Position numbers and translations under genes: made by a program. Positions 7,640-17,190 of a stretch of 27,165 bases of DNA are shown here, piece after piece (within the stretch, counting starts at the first letter, position 1; every line of letters begins with the position of its first letter). The notes below the pieces were generated by a model, which was not told where the DNA came from, did not search any database, and saw only the letters and a list, made by a program, of their open reading frames with translations. The DNA is from Candidatus Hermodarchaeum yapensis (GTDB lineage Archaea; Asgardarchaeota; Hermodarchaeia; Hermodarchaeales; Hermodarchaeaceae): contig JAEOSK010000037.1 in assembly GCA_016840405.1 (NCBI GenBank), positions 1-27,165 on the forward strand, given 5' to 3'.

Positions 7640-10048
7640 TCATCTCTTCTCCTGCTTCACCGGTTTGCGGAGATAGCTTGCAGAGGAAGAAGGGTGTCGT
7701 CGAAAGTTCGCTCGAATAAAAACAACTACAACTAGCACAATGACTAAAATCACAACAGCTTCTAGAAGGAACAGTAGACGATCTGCTGATTGTAATACCA
7801 AGACGCTAATTGGAGTTATTAGTGGGTGAAGATCACGGTTACCTGCAGATCCTGAAATATTGTAGGGAATATCGCCAAAACCGTAAAAAAATATATTATC
7901 GCCTGAGTAATTTGTCCAATAATTACAATCAATGATATTCGCTCCGGGTGTTTGGAATTCAGGTCCATTATCACATGCATCATGGCTAGCATTGCACAGG
8001 AAGATATTCCAATCCACGATATTGTACTGGCAACTACCATGGAGATAGATGCCATAACCGTCGTTGTTAGAGAAGCTGTTGCGTGTAAAATGATTCCAGT
8101 GAGAATCACGAACGAAAATTCCATGTCTTTCATTATTTCCTAGACGATTGTCCATAAAGAGGGAGTGGTTCGTACAATATACAAGAAGACCATATGAACA
8201 GTCTACGAGGGTTTGCCTCCGCACCGTAATTCCTCGGCAATTGAATAAAATTATTTGACCAGCATTCGACCGAACCTGCATATTTACTCGGTTTTTAAGA
8301 AAAACTAGTGGTTGTCCATTCACTGTGTTATCGCTAATATCTACGGGTTCTATCCATTCACGACCATGATATTGTATGTAAAGACCGCAGCCGATCATGG
8401 TGTTATTATTGATTACGATATCTCGATACCCATAGATGTAAATCCCAATTGTATTGTTAACGCAGAGATTATGAGAAATTGGTGTGGTGTTACTCTGGAG
8501 AAAGATGCCGTACGAATTGTTGGTACAGGTGTTCTCCACTACATCATTATCTTGACCTACAATCTCAATTCCAGCCCTATTGCCAGTGCAATGGTTCCAC
8601 CTTACAGTATTCTCATCCCCGTAAATCAAAATACCTAATCCGGGTTCTGGCCACCCCCACCAAAGCTCCTGATTGTGGTTGCAGGTATTGTTGAGGAGTT
8701 GGTTGCCAGAGGCAGTTTCTAAGAGAATGCCATATCTATTGTGGTTGCAGGTATTATTGAGAAGTTCATTGTCGTATGACTCAAAGAGGCGAATGCCACA
8801 ACCCCACCAACTGTTGTTGTTGCACTGATTACCAATTAAACCGGTGTCCCAAGTTTGATCGAGAGTAATTCCTGAAAGGGCGTTATTCGTACAAAGGTTG
8901 TTGTTGACTGTGATATACTCGCAATTTTGAACTCGTATACCGTTCACAGAGTGGTCTGTACAGGTATTATTGAAAACCCGCGATCGACTGGTAAAACAAA
9001 GGAATATACCGATTGAAGCGTCAGTGATATTCTGGTCTTTGACAGTGACAATACTACAGTTGAGAAGGATGACCTGCCCTGCTCCAAGAGGCACCGTGAA
9101 ATCCACACGCCCTACCCATAAAAGCAATGGTCGTTCATTGACGGTATTCCCAATAATCTGTGCATTCACATCTACGGTACTTCCTACGCCCCCCATTGTG
9201 GGAGTTCCTGACATCTCTTCCCAGGAGCCAAAAAAGAAACCACAATTCACTAGCGAGTTATTAACGAGAATATTATCATTGACCGGGTATATCTCGCATC
9301 CAAAATATCGACTATTTTCAATGGTGTTGTTGATAATCTCTGATGAGAACGAATCGAATATCCAAAGCCCGAAATCTGCGTTGAAGCAGGTATTGTTGAT
9401 TATCATAATGGAATTGGAATCACGTACAGAAATTCCTTTGTCAGTATTGATGCAAGTGTTGTTGAATAATTCAATTGATTCCGATAAAACCAGTCTTACA
9501 CCATAATCATAAGTAACACACGTTGTGTTGGCAATGAAACCATTGGCTACATTTTCTAGATAGATGCCGATTTGACTTCTTTCCATCCAACAATCTGCGA
9601 TGACGAAATGAACGCGTGTATTCATGATTAGGATACAGTCTGGTCCTGCTGCTATGTTCAAATCCCTAATAACGTATGGATGTTCTTGTGTGCCATTACC
9701 AGGCCATCCTTGATTAGCAAAATCTGCGTCTGATCTTATTTCAATAGGGGAATGAGGCTGCAGCGGAGCTGGGCTTCTAATGATTTTGCTATAGGTGGTT
9801 GTTTGTTTTGTTCGCGACCAATCACCGAATCGATTCTGCTCTTCAAACGAGGACATGAATGGTTGATGACTTAGGGATACATTCTGGGGCTTTGCAGTAT
9901 GCCCCTCGTATCCGGTCTTCACTCGAGAACTATGCAACCTATGAGTATCAGCGCCAAATTCATGGCTTGGGCTGATCACTCTGCACAGAGTAGTTAGTAT
10001 GAGGAGTATTACGAATAGGACGAAACCGTTCCTCCAAGTTCGTGCCAT
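7640..10048 (-). CDS. Right-handed parallel beta-helix (NosD/CASH) surface protein
   Basis: HSPIEIRSDADF..GWPGNGTQEHPYVI entry motif, many NNTC..N..GI.L repeats, signal peptide and C-terminal TM anchor. Confidence 0.88.
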   Translation of the reverse strand: MARTWRNGFVLFVILLILTTLCRVISPSHEFGADTHRLHSSRVKTGYEGHTAKPQNVSLSHQPFMSSFEEQNRFGDWSRTKQTTTYSKIIRSPAPLQPHSPIEIRSDADFANQGWPGNGTQEHPYVIRDLNIAAGPDCILIMNTRVHFVIADCWMERSQIGIYLENVANGFIANTTCVTYDYGVRLVLSESIELFNNTCINTDKGISVRDSNSIMIINNTCFNADFGLWIFDSFSSEIINNTIENSRYFGCEIYPVNDNILVNNSLVNCGFFFGSWEEMSGTPTMGGVGSTVDVNAQIIGNTVNERPLLLWVGRVDFTVPLGAGQVILLNCSIVTVKDQNITDASIGIFLCFTSRSRVFNNTCTDHSVNGIRVQNCEYITVNNNLCTNNALSGITLDQTWDTGLIGNQCNNNSWWGCGIRLFESYDNELLNNTCNHNRYGILLETASGNQLLNNTCNHNQELWWGWPEPGLGILIYGDENTVRWNHCTGNRAGIEIVGQDNDVVENTCTNNSYGIFLQSNTTPISHNLCVNNTIGIYIYGYRDIVINNNTMIGCGLYIQYHGREWIEPVDISDNTVNGQPLVFLKNRVNMQVRSNAGQIILFNCRGITVRRQTLVDCSYGLLVYCTNHSLFMDNRLGNNERHGIFVRDSHWNHFTRNSFSNNDGYGIYLHGSCQYNIVDWNIFLCNASHDACDNGPEFQTPGANIIDCNYWTNYSGDNIFFYGFGDIPYNISGSAGNRDLHPLITPISVLVLQSADRLLFLLEAVVILVIVLVVVVFIRANFRRHPSSSASYLRKPVKQEKR

Positions 10049-10197
10049 ATAATGGCCCCCAGAATTATGGAAAACGATGTTTGTATGTATCTGATACGGT
10101 TTCTTATTAATCTGCTAATTTTAGGATGCTAACTCGTGGAGGAGCAGATTCGTCTGTTTCTTTCTTCTCTTTATATCATTGACAGTGCGGTGGATGG

Positions 10198-10644
10198 TTA
10201 CCAAACGAGTGTTTTGTCCTTATGCTTCTCATAGCAATCGGAGCAGATACGCACATAGATATTTTCTTCGGGGTTCTCAAGCTTCTGTCCAATTGTCCCA
10301 GTATCATCAATGGATAATTTCTTTCCACAGAGATTACAGCAGTAGATGGCTTCAATTTGAAATTTGATAACCCGTGATGGGCAATTATAGATTCTGACAT
10401 TTCGATTGGGACTTCCAAGTTCCCGCATATCGCCCATTACTCGCAGTGAATGAAGGATGGGATACATGCCGACAAAACTTTCAGGGCAAAAACCTTCCGG
10501 GGTCTTCCAATCAAATTCAAACGTCTCTCCCTTCTTATGAGCTGCACGACAATTCCCCTCCTCAATAACAGTCACCCGATATTGTACTGGTTCCCTCCAG
10601 AACTCTCCAACTTTCAAAACCTTATCGTTCTTGATCATGATCAA
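10198..10644 (-). CDS. TIGR04076-like Cys-rich protein with C-terminal zinc ribbon
   Basis: GNCRAAHKKGETFEF..TPEGFCPES..YP and NCP motifs; C-terminal CNLC...CSDC. Confidence 0.72.
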   Translation of the reverse strand: MIMIKNDKVLKVGEFWREPVQYRVTVIEEGNCRAAHKKGETFEFDWKTPEGFCPESFVGMYPILHSLRVMGDMRELGSPNRNVRIYNCPSRVIKFQIEAIYCCNLCGKKLSIDDTGTIGQKLENPEENIYVRICSDCYEKHKDKTLVW

Positions 10645-10739
10645 TTGTCCCCTTTGTACAGGAAAAAATTCCCGCGGTATTTTAAATTCGATGAATACGG
10701 TATAAGATTGTTTTCAAACGGGAGCAAACGTGTCGAAGT

Positions 10740-11303
10740 TTAGTCTTTATCGTCCTTCTCTTGGGGAATACGGGTTCCTAGCTGGTAGTAGTTGAAATCG
10801 CCTCCCGTCGCCCATAGAATTGGGTGGACTTTTTGCATGTCAAGTTTACCTTCACTGAGACATTCGGCGTTGACATAGGATTTGACGACACGTCCAATGA
10901 TACCATCATTTTGTTCATAATCGAGAATTTCCGCTACTTCACATTCAATATTAATGGGGGCCTGGTGAATCATCGGGGCGGTTTCTAGTTCCCCATAAAA
11001 AATCTCAAAGAGTGAACTCTTATCAACATCTCGTCCAGACTTACTCCCGCAAATATCGACCTCTACGAGGAGCTCCTCTGAGGGGACGTTCACACTAAAG
11101 GTGCGGTGCTCGTGAATACCAATGCGGGTGTGTCGTTTCTTATACAGGCTGAAGAATAGGTAGCGCCCAAAATCGAAGGGGCACATGTACCCAATTACGA
11201 GAAAGTTAGGTACGTCATTCACCAAAGCACCTACCAACGCGATGGGTAAGGGGCTAAACATGTTTTTCTCAAACTCGATCTTACCTAGACTCTGATTGTT
11301 CAA
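10740..11303 (-). CDS. Flavin reductase-like (flavoredoxin) family protein
   Basis: PLPIALVGALVNDVPNF, FSVNVPS, CGSKSGRDVDKS, APMIHQAPINIECEV. Start placed at TTG 11303 after a GAGGTG SD. Confidence 0.85.
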   Translation of the reverse strand: MNNQSLGKIEFEKNMFSPLPIALVGALVNDVPNFLVIGYMCPFDFGRYLFFSLYKKRHTRIGIHEHRTFSVNVPSEELLVEVDICGSKSGRDVDKSSLFEIFYGELETAPMIHQAPINIECEVAEILDYEQNDGIIGRVVKSYVNAECLSEGKLDMQKVHPILWATGGDFNYYQLGTRIPQEKDDKD

Positions 11304-11383
11304 TAACAGACACCTCTTTTCTTCCAGCAGGTTACGACCTAGTGAGCTGCGGAGTTCAACAGAGCATCTTAAATGCGTAATTT

Positions 11384-12136
11384 TCACTTGGGTTTATGTG
11401 CTTCAATTTTAGCACTTGTAGCAATATTGAACGGTGATTCGTTGACAATTCGGACATTAACGAATCCTGCATCCCGCATGAGCTGAAGATACTCTTCTTT
11501 AAGGATAGCTCCGCCCAAACAACCGGTGTAGGAAGCCACTTCATCGCGAACCTCTTTTGGCAGGGACGCTTCTAGCACGATGTCTGAAATTAGCATTCGC
11601 CCTCCTGGACGGAGCACCCGGAATGATTCAGTAAATACTTTTGACTTGTCTGGTGCCAGGTTAATGACGCAATTGCTGATAATGACATCAACGGATTCAT
11701 CATCAACTGGAAGGGCCTCAATATCGCCCTGTCGAAACTCAACGTTTTCTACGCCCATTTTTTCCGCATTGAGTTTGGCTTTTTCAGTCATTTCGGTTGT
11801 CATGTCAACCCCTATTACGCGGCCTTTGGGTCCAACTTCGCGGGCTGCCATGAAGGCGTCAAGCCCGGCGCCACTCCCTAAATCTAAAACAACATCGCCT
11901 TCATGAAGGCTCGCTAAAGCAACGGGATTTCCACATCCTGCAAACGATTCAGTTACTGAGTCGGGGAGATCCGTGACCTCGTAACCCAATTTCTCTGCTA
12001 GGGTATCTTGAGAACAACTTGAGGTGGGTCCACAACAGGATGTTGTGCGTTGGGCAACTTTGGTGTAGGCTTTTCTCACTTCTTCTTTAATTTCTTCATC
12101 GGTCATTTCGGTGATTTTTTTGGTTTCCGTCATCAT
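11384..12136 (-). CDS. arsM: Arsenite S-adenosylmethionine methyltransferase
   Basis: SCCG, FAGCGNP, VLDLGSGAGLD, IISNCVINLAPDK and GCLGGA motifs. Confidence 0.9.
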   Translation of the reverse strand: MMTETKKITEMTDEEIKEEVRKAYTKVAQRTTSCCGPTSSCSQDTLAEKLGYEVTDLPDSVTESFAGCGNPVALASLHEGDVVLDLGSGAGLDAFMAAREVGPKGRVIGVDMTTEMTEKAKLNAEKMGVENVEFRQGDIEALPVDDESVDVIISNCVINLAPDKSKVFTESFRVLRPGGRMLISDIVLEASLPKEVRDEVASYTGCLGGAILKEEYLQLMRDAGFVNVRIVNESPFNIATSAKIEAHKPK

Positions 12137-12148
12137 TTGCCACCAACG

Positions 12149-12216
12149 TATTGGTCGCCCAATAAGTTATGGGTAGTTAGACGACAGGCACATTTAAATG
12201 TATCGGACACCCAATA
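12149..12216. promoter_or_regulatory. Divergent arsM/padR promoter with two palindromic operators
   Basis: TATTGGTCGCCCAATA (12149-12164), palindromic CATTTAAATG TATA box (12191-12200), TATCGGACACCCAATA (12201-12216). Confidence 0.75.
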
Positions 12217-12222
12217 AATGCT

Positions 12223-12567
12223 ATGCCTGAAGAAAAAGAAATCGATGAATGCTGCCCCCCCGACTGCTGCGACATGCGCGGCATGCTATCTTTCCAAATC
12301 CTCTGGGAGCTTGGTAAAAAACCCATGAACGGTCAAGAACTTGCCGAACAAATCGGTCTCCGTCGGGGTAGCAAACCCACACCTGGCACAATCTATCCTG
12401 CCCTAAAAGAACTTAGTAACAAGAATCTGATCTCTGGTATGAGGGAGGGGCGACAAGTGATCTACACTCTCACCGATGAGGGGCGAACGGGGCTCGAGGT
12501 GGCCACACAATACTTCTATCGAGTATTCAATGAAATCATCGAAGCTGGAAAAACCTCGCTCCAATAA
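12223..12567 (+). CDS. PadR-family transcriptional regulator with N-terminal CCPPDCC motif
   Basis: RGMLSFQILWEL..KPMNGQEL, PTPGTIYPALKEL, YTLTDEGR winged-helix signatures. Confidence 0.88.
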   Translation: MPEEKEIDECCPPDCCDMRGMLSFQILWELGKKPMNGQELAEQIGLRRGSKPTPGTIYPALKELSNKNLISGMREGRQVIYTLTDEGRTGLEVATQYFYRVFNEIIEAGKTSLQ

Positions 12568-12631
12568 ATGGTATCTCAACGTTACGGGCTAGTTCTCACG
12601 TTTTAATTCTATTAACTGTAGCCGAAGAAGA

Positions 12632-12692
12632 TATTGGGTATCCAATATATTTAAATATTGGACGTACAATAAAAGATATCGGACATCCAATA
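12632..12692 (+). promoter_or_regulatory. Promoter with three palindromic operators upstream of sORF-nitroreductase
   Basis: TATTGGGTATCCAATA (12632-12647), TATTTAAATA box (12648-12657), TATTGGACGTACAATA (12656-12671), TATCGGACATCCAATA (12677-12692). Confidence 0.78.
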
Positions 12693-12710
12693 AATAGGAG
12701 GTCGATAAAA

Positions 12711-12812
12711 TTGGCGAATAAGAAATGTAATGCAGGCAATGTGTGTTCACCGGATTACAAATCAAATAGCAGTGTAGACTTTGCACGGGCTATGCTACTC
12801 CGAATTAGGTAA
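12711..12812 (+). CDS. Putative 33-aa small protein (MANKKCNAGNVCSPDYKSNSSVDFARAMLLRIR)
   Basis: GGAGGT SD (12697-12702) 8 nt before TTG, directly downstream of the operator-flanked promoter. Confidence 0.5.
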   Translation: MANKKCNAGNVCSPDYKSNSSVDFARAMLLRIR

Positions 12813-12846
12813 CTGTAACATTCTGAATTTCAAGGAATGATGAAAA

Positions 12847-13464
12847 ATGACAAAAGTAGTTGAAACTCAGTCAAAAACACCAGACTCTCCCAAAAAAGGG
12901 CTTTTAGATGTGACAGAACCGTTTTTCAAAGTTATTCAAAAACGCCGAAGCATCAGGCGTTACAAACCCTATGACATTCCTGATGCCGACCTAGAGAAGA
13001 TTCTTAACGCAGCCCGGCTAGCCCCGTCAACAAATAATAGCCAATCGTGGCGCTTCATTGTCATTAAGGACCCTGAAGTTAAAGCCTTGCTTGGACAGCC
13101 TTCTCCACAACGCTTCATAGCCAATGCAAATGCCATCATCGTAGTTCTCGGAATGCAACAGACATCCTGCTGTCCTGGAAATCAGGCTCGCTGGCATGTC
13201 CAAGATCCGATGATTGCGGCTGAACATCTTGTTCTTGCCGCAACGGCTCTAGGTTATGGATCCTGTTGGATTGCCACATATGAGTCCCGGCCACCTGAAT
13301 TTATCCAGGAGGTAAAAACTAAGCTTGAAATCCCCGAGAACGCTGACATTGTGGTTCTTGTTGCCCTTGGTGTTCCGGATGAAGCTCCTGCTCCCCGGTC
13401 TAGGAAACCCTTGGGGGAAATTGCGTTTCGCGAAAAATTTGGTCAATCTTGGTACGTACTTTAG
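12847..13464 (+). CDS. Nitroreductase family protein
   Basis: RRSIRRYK, AARLAPSTNNSQSWRF, LAATALGYGSCWI. Confidence 0.9.
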   Translation: MTKVVETQSKTPDSPKKGLLDVTEPFFKVIQKRRSIRRYKPYDIPDADLEKILNAARLAPSTNNSQSWRFIVIKDPEVKALLGQPSPQRFIANANAIIVVLGMQQTSCCPGNQARWHVQDPMIAAEHLVLAATALGYGSCWIATYESRPPEFIQEVKTKLEIPENADIVVLVALGVPDEAPAPRSRKPLGEIAFREKFGQSWYVL

Positions 13465-13588
13465 TCCCCGCCTTTCTTTCGTAGAGAATCTGTCTAAAAA
13501 GTTGTGCCTAAGCCAGTACGTTAGTAAGTTCTGTAGCCTAATATAACCTCAATCCACAGGCTACAGAACTAACGCATTGGTGAGCTGA

Positions 13589-14296
13589 ATGGACCGAAAG
13601 TGGTTAGGGCTCCTCACTTTTCCCCTCATTCTAGGCTTGATTCTTGTTTCACCATTTTTAATAGGGTTTTTTGCACCTTCTCATGCACCTGAGGGTGGAG
13701 TCATTGGAGAGGAGCTTGCTAGCTTCATGAATGAAAAAGAGGCGGATATCTTTGCCGTTCGAATTCTAAGATATTGTATCTCAGAGATTTTATGCGGCAA
13801 TTTATTTTGTGGAGATCTGGTGTACCCGGACCTAAGGGACGCGCTTTTTATTCCCTTATCCACCGGAGCTTGGAATGCTACAGCCATCTTTGTAAATGAG
13901 ACTCTCGAATCCAATGATGAGCTATTCTACAAGGAGGCATTCCAGATTACGGTAAGCGAGGTTGAAAACATCTACAATGCTATTTACGCTGGGCTGTCGA
14001 ATACAATTGCATCGAGTGATTCCGTTGTCGATGTTATGTTCTTTATTGGGTTTGGGTTAGACCTCCTATATTCAGATGGAACCTGGGTTCAACTGTTCAC
14101 AATCCCAAGTGCGAAAGGACATATCATGTTCCTGAACAGCACCTATACAGGTACACCTAATCCAGTGAATCCTTTTGATCTGAGTTTCCTTCAACGAGAC
14201 GAGAACCGATTGAATGGTGTCCTACTAGAACCCGGAACTGCACTGGATGAACTAGTTACTGTGATGAGTGCAGTGTTTGTGAATCACCTGAACTAG
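13589..14296 (+). CDS. Membrane-anchored hypothetical protein, paralog A
   Basis: N-terminal TM; clearly homologous over its full length to 14370-15053. Confidence 0.8.
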   Translation: MDRKWLGLLTFPLILGLILVSPFLIGFFAPSHAPEGGVIGEELASFMNEKEADIFAVRILRYCISEILCGNLFCGDLVYPDLRDALFIPLSTGAWNATAIFVNETLESNDELFYKEAFQITVSEVENIYNAIYAGLSNTIASSDSVVDVMFFIGFGLDLLYSDGTWVQLFTIPSAKGHIMFLNSTYTGTPNPVNPFDLSFLQRDENRLNGVLLEPGTALDELVTVMSAVFVNHLN

Positions 14297-14369
14297 TCTG
14301 TCGAAACGCTTTGCCGGTAACTGTATGCTAATAAAGCATGGCTCATAATTCAGCAATATCAATTAAAGA

Positions 14370-15053
14370 TTGGTGGGCATTATGAACCGGAAATGGTTAG
14401 GCCTTCTCGTTATACCCATAGTATTGGGCTTGATTCTCGTTTCTCCCTTTATACTAGGCTTCTTCGCCCCTCCATCTCCAACGGATGGGGGAACCACAGG
14501 AGACTCGCTTTCGACTTTCATGCACGGAAAAGAATCTGATATCCTAGCTGTCCAAATTATGGGTAATAGCTCGGATATCGTCTATCCTGAATTGATGAAC
14601 GCTCTCTTCATCCCCTTACTTGGGGGTTCTTGGAATGTGTCTGCTAGTTTCCTCAACGACACTGATCCATACAACATCACTTTTTACAATGAATCATTTA
14701 TAGCTACTCTCACCGATGTTGAAGATATCAATAATGCCATCTACGATGGACTGGAAAACACCACACAATCTCTGGATTCCATTTCAGACCTATTCTATTC
14801 TGTCGGCTTTGGCTTAGACATTCTATATGCAGATAACACTTGGATACAGCTGTTTACCATTCAAAGCCCCACCGGACATATCATGTTCCTGAATGGCACC
14901 TATACTGGAACACCTAGCCCAACGAATCCCTTCAACCCGTCTATCATTCAACGTGACGAGAACTGGATGAATGGCATTCTGTTAGAACCCGGAACCGCAC
15001 TGGATGAACTCGTAGCAACCATGAATGCAGTGTTCGTAAACCATCTCGGCTAG
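14370..15053 (+). CDS. Membrane-anchored hypothetical protein, paralog B
   Basis: Shares RKWLGLL, GHIMFLN.TYTGTP, QRDEN and LLEPGTALDELV with paralog A. The start may be the ATG at 14382. Confidence 0.8.
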   Translation: MVGIMNRKWLGLLVIPIVLGLILVSPFILGFFAPPSPTDGGTTGDSLSTFMHGKESDILAVQIMGNSSDIVYPELMNALFIPLLGGSWNVSASFLNDTDPYNITFYNESFIATLTDVEDINNAIYDGLENTTQSLDSISDLFYSVGFGLDILYADNTWIQLFTIQSPTGHIMFLNGTYTGTPSPTNPFNPSIIQRDENWMNGILLEPGTALDELVATMNAVFVNHLG

Positions 15054-15251
15054 TACTCGACGGTTTTTGACTTGTTTGAATTGAAAATATCAACTGAGCC
15101 ATTTAGAGCTCAAAATCAGAGTTCTAGAAAGTATTAAGATTCAAAGCTAAGCATTGACTTAGTGATAAGAGGAAATCCACCGCTTCGCCATCTTACAGAT
15201 ATACAGGTCTCTCCAGACCAGTAGCTAATTCACTTAGGAGGTTCAAAACTT

Positions 15252-16382
15252 ATGAGATTTGAGCGATTTGAGCTAGAACGTATCCAATCAGAGTGGGAAC
15301 ACCGAGTCCAATACAATTTAGCCGAAAGCGGGGTCATGGCTCTTCAATTGAGTGATATCATTGATGAGACAGATTTTCAGAACCAATTTCTTAACCAGAG
15401 TTTGGGATATCCACAGACAAACGGCACGATTCCGCTGAGAGAACTCATTAGCAGCCAATACGGGGACCTTACTGCTGATCACATAACAGTGACTAATGGT
15501 TGTGCCGAAGCGAATTTTATTACCCTTCTCGGTCTGCGACAACAGCAGGGTGACCGAAATGAAATGGTAATGATGTTACCGAACTACCTGCAACTCTGGG
15601 GTCTAGGAAACGCTTTGAACTACCGAATGAAACCATTCTTTTTACACGCGTCTGAAACTGAATGGACGCTTGATATTGAGGAACTCAAGCATCTGATTTC
15701 TAGAAAAACGAGTTTAATTGCCATCTGTAACCCGAACAATCCCACTGGCGCTGTAATGGATAAGGACACTTTGAAGGCAATTGCTGAACTAGCCGAAGAT
15801 GTCAATGCATGGGTTTTATCCGATGAGGTCTATCGGGGTGCGGAACTCACAGGTCCTATTACACCTTCTATGATTAATTTCTATGATCGGACATTGGTAA
15901 CCTGTGGGCTCTCGAAAGCCTATGGACTACCTGGCCTACGGATTGGCTGGACTATTAGTCCTAATTCAGAAGTCATCTATGACCTTTGGTCGCTCACGGA
16001 TTACACCACTATCGCGCCCTCGCTGCTCAGCGATATGGTGGCAACAATAGCCCTACAGCCCGCTAACCGGAAGAAAATCTTAGATCGAACGCAAACGATT
16101 TTGCGCAAAAATTGGCTGATTGTGAGTCACTGGCTCAAAGAACATCAGGACCTCCTTGACTGTATTCCTCCTAAAGCCAGTGCCATCTGTTTGCCTAAAT
16201 ACAATGCTTCCATCAACTCAGTTGACTTAGCGCATCGGCTCATCCAAGACAAAAGCGTCCTCATCTCACCTGGTGATCATTTTCAAATGCCCAATCATCT
16301 CCGTATTGGTTTTGGTTACAACGGAGACAAATTAGCAACCGGTTTAAACCTCATCACTGAGATTTTTGAGGGCATTAACTGA
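15252..16382 (+). CDS. PLP-dependent aminotransferase class I/II
   Basis: CNPNNPTG, LSDEVY, GLSKAYGLPGLRIGW. Confidence 0.92.
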   Translation: MRFERFELERIQSEWEHRVQYNLAESGVMALQLSDIIDETDFQNQFLNQSLGYPQTNGTIPLRELISSQYGDLTADHITVTNGCAEANFITLLGLRQQQGDRNEMVMMLPNYLQLWGLGNALNYRMKPFFLHASETEWTLDIEELKHLISRKTSLIAICNPNNPTGAVMDKDTLKAIAELAEDVNAWVLSDEVYRGAELTGPITPSMINFYDRTLVTCGLSKAYGLPGLRIGWTISPNSEVIYDLWSLTDYTTIAPSLLSDMVATIALQPANRKKILDRTQTILRKNWLIVSHWLKEHQDLLDCIPPKASAICLPKYNASINSVDLAHRLIQDKSVLISPGDHFQMPNHLRIGFGYNGDKLATGLNLITEIFEGIN

Positions 16383-17028
16383 AGATTTTTCGTAAGCGAA
16401 GTTCATCTCGAATCGGAATACGAGCAAAACCTGGTTGTAGTCCCCCAAGTTTCTCGGCGATTACATTGGGTGCAACTTCAAAGAGTTGAAACCCGTGACG
16501 TTGATAGAAGGCGAGAGCGGGCAGATTGTCGTTGGAGGTGACAACGAGAAGTTGCTGTTTTCCTTGACTTTTCGCATAGTTTTCAACTTGCTCAACTAAT
16601 GTACGTCCGATTCCACATCCTTGAAAACCGGGAAGAATTCCCAAGGCCATAATTAGGACTGCATTTTTCCTGAAATCATTGTAAGAAATGAATCCGATTA
16701 TGTTCCCGTCCTTTTTCGCCGTAATTGCCGGCTCCTGAGCAACCCTAAATGTCTGATTAAACATGAGTTGAATTGGATCTCCCCAGAAAAGTTTCACCAA
16801 CTCTTCAAGGACTTCAACATCATCACAGGATGCTTGCTGAACTGTATATTCGCTCGTCTGTGTGTGAATACATTTCGCACAGACTATTCGAACATGTACA
16901 TCATTCCCACAGGTAGGTTGATTACAAATGATGCACTGAAATTCTCCGAGATTATTACAAAGGTGACAAAAATCATATTGGATCGGCAACGAATCTCTCA
17001 CCCATTTTTGAGCTCTACTTCTATTCAT
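16375..17028 (-). CDS. GNAT acetyltransferase with N-terminal zinc-finger
   Basis: FQGCGIGRTL motif A, TSNDNLPALAFYQRHGF; N-terminal CHLC..CIIC..C..CAKC. Confidence 0.85.
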   Translation of the reverse strand: MNRSRAQKWVRDSLPIQYDFCHLCNNLGEFQCIICNQPTCGNDVHVRIVCAKCIHTQTSEYTVQQASCDDVEVLEELVKLFWGDPIQLMFNQTFRVAQEPAITAKKDGNIIGFISYNDFRKNAVLIMALGILPGFQGCGIGRTLVEQVENYAKSQGKQQLLVVTSNDNLPALAFYQRHGFQLFEVAPNVIAEKLGGLQPGFARIPIRDELRLRKIFS

Positions 17029-17125
17029 ATACGGCTATACATTATTCTACTTCTTTCCGTAGCCGGTTCAAAACTAAAAACAAAGTAAGAAATTTCTTGA
17101 TTGGAAACGGGAGAAATAGAGAATG

Positions 17126-17171
17126 GGACCCGTGCCCTTTTGCCCGAGCCCCAGGAGTTTAGGGCACGTCC
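17126..17171 (-). terminator. GC-rich hairpin downstream of sORF
   Basis: GGACCCGTGCCCT / AGGGCACGTCC imperfect inverted repeat, followed on the minus strand by a pyrimidine-rich tract. Confidence 0.45.
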
Positions 17172-17190
17172 AAGAGTTCAAGCGATTGGT

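Noticed and set aside
8675-8760. Direct repeat GTGGTTGCAGGTATT inside the beta-helix gene
   Set aside because: It reflects ordinary NNTCNHN protein repeats.
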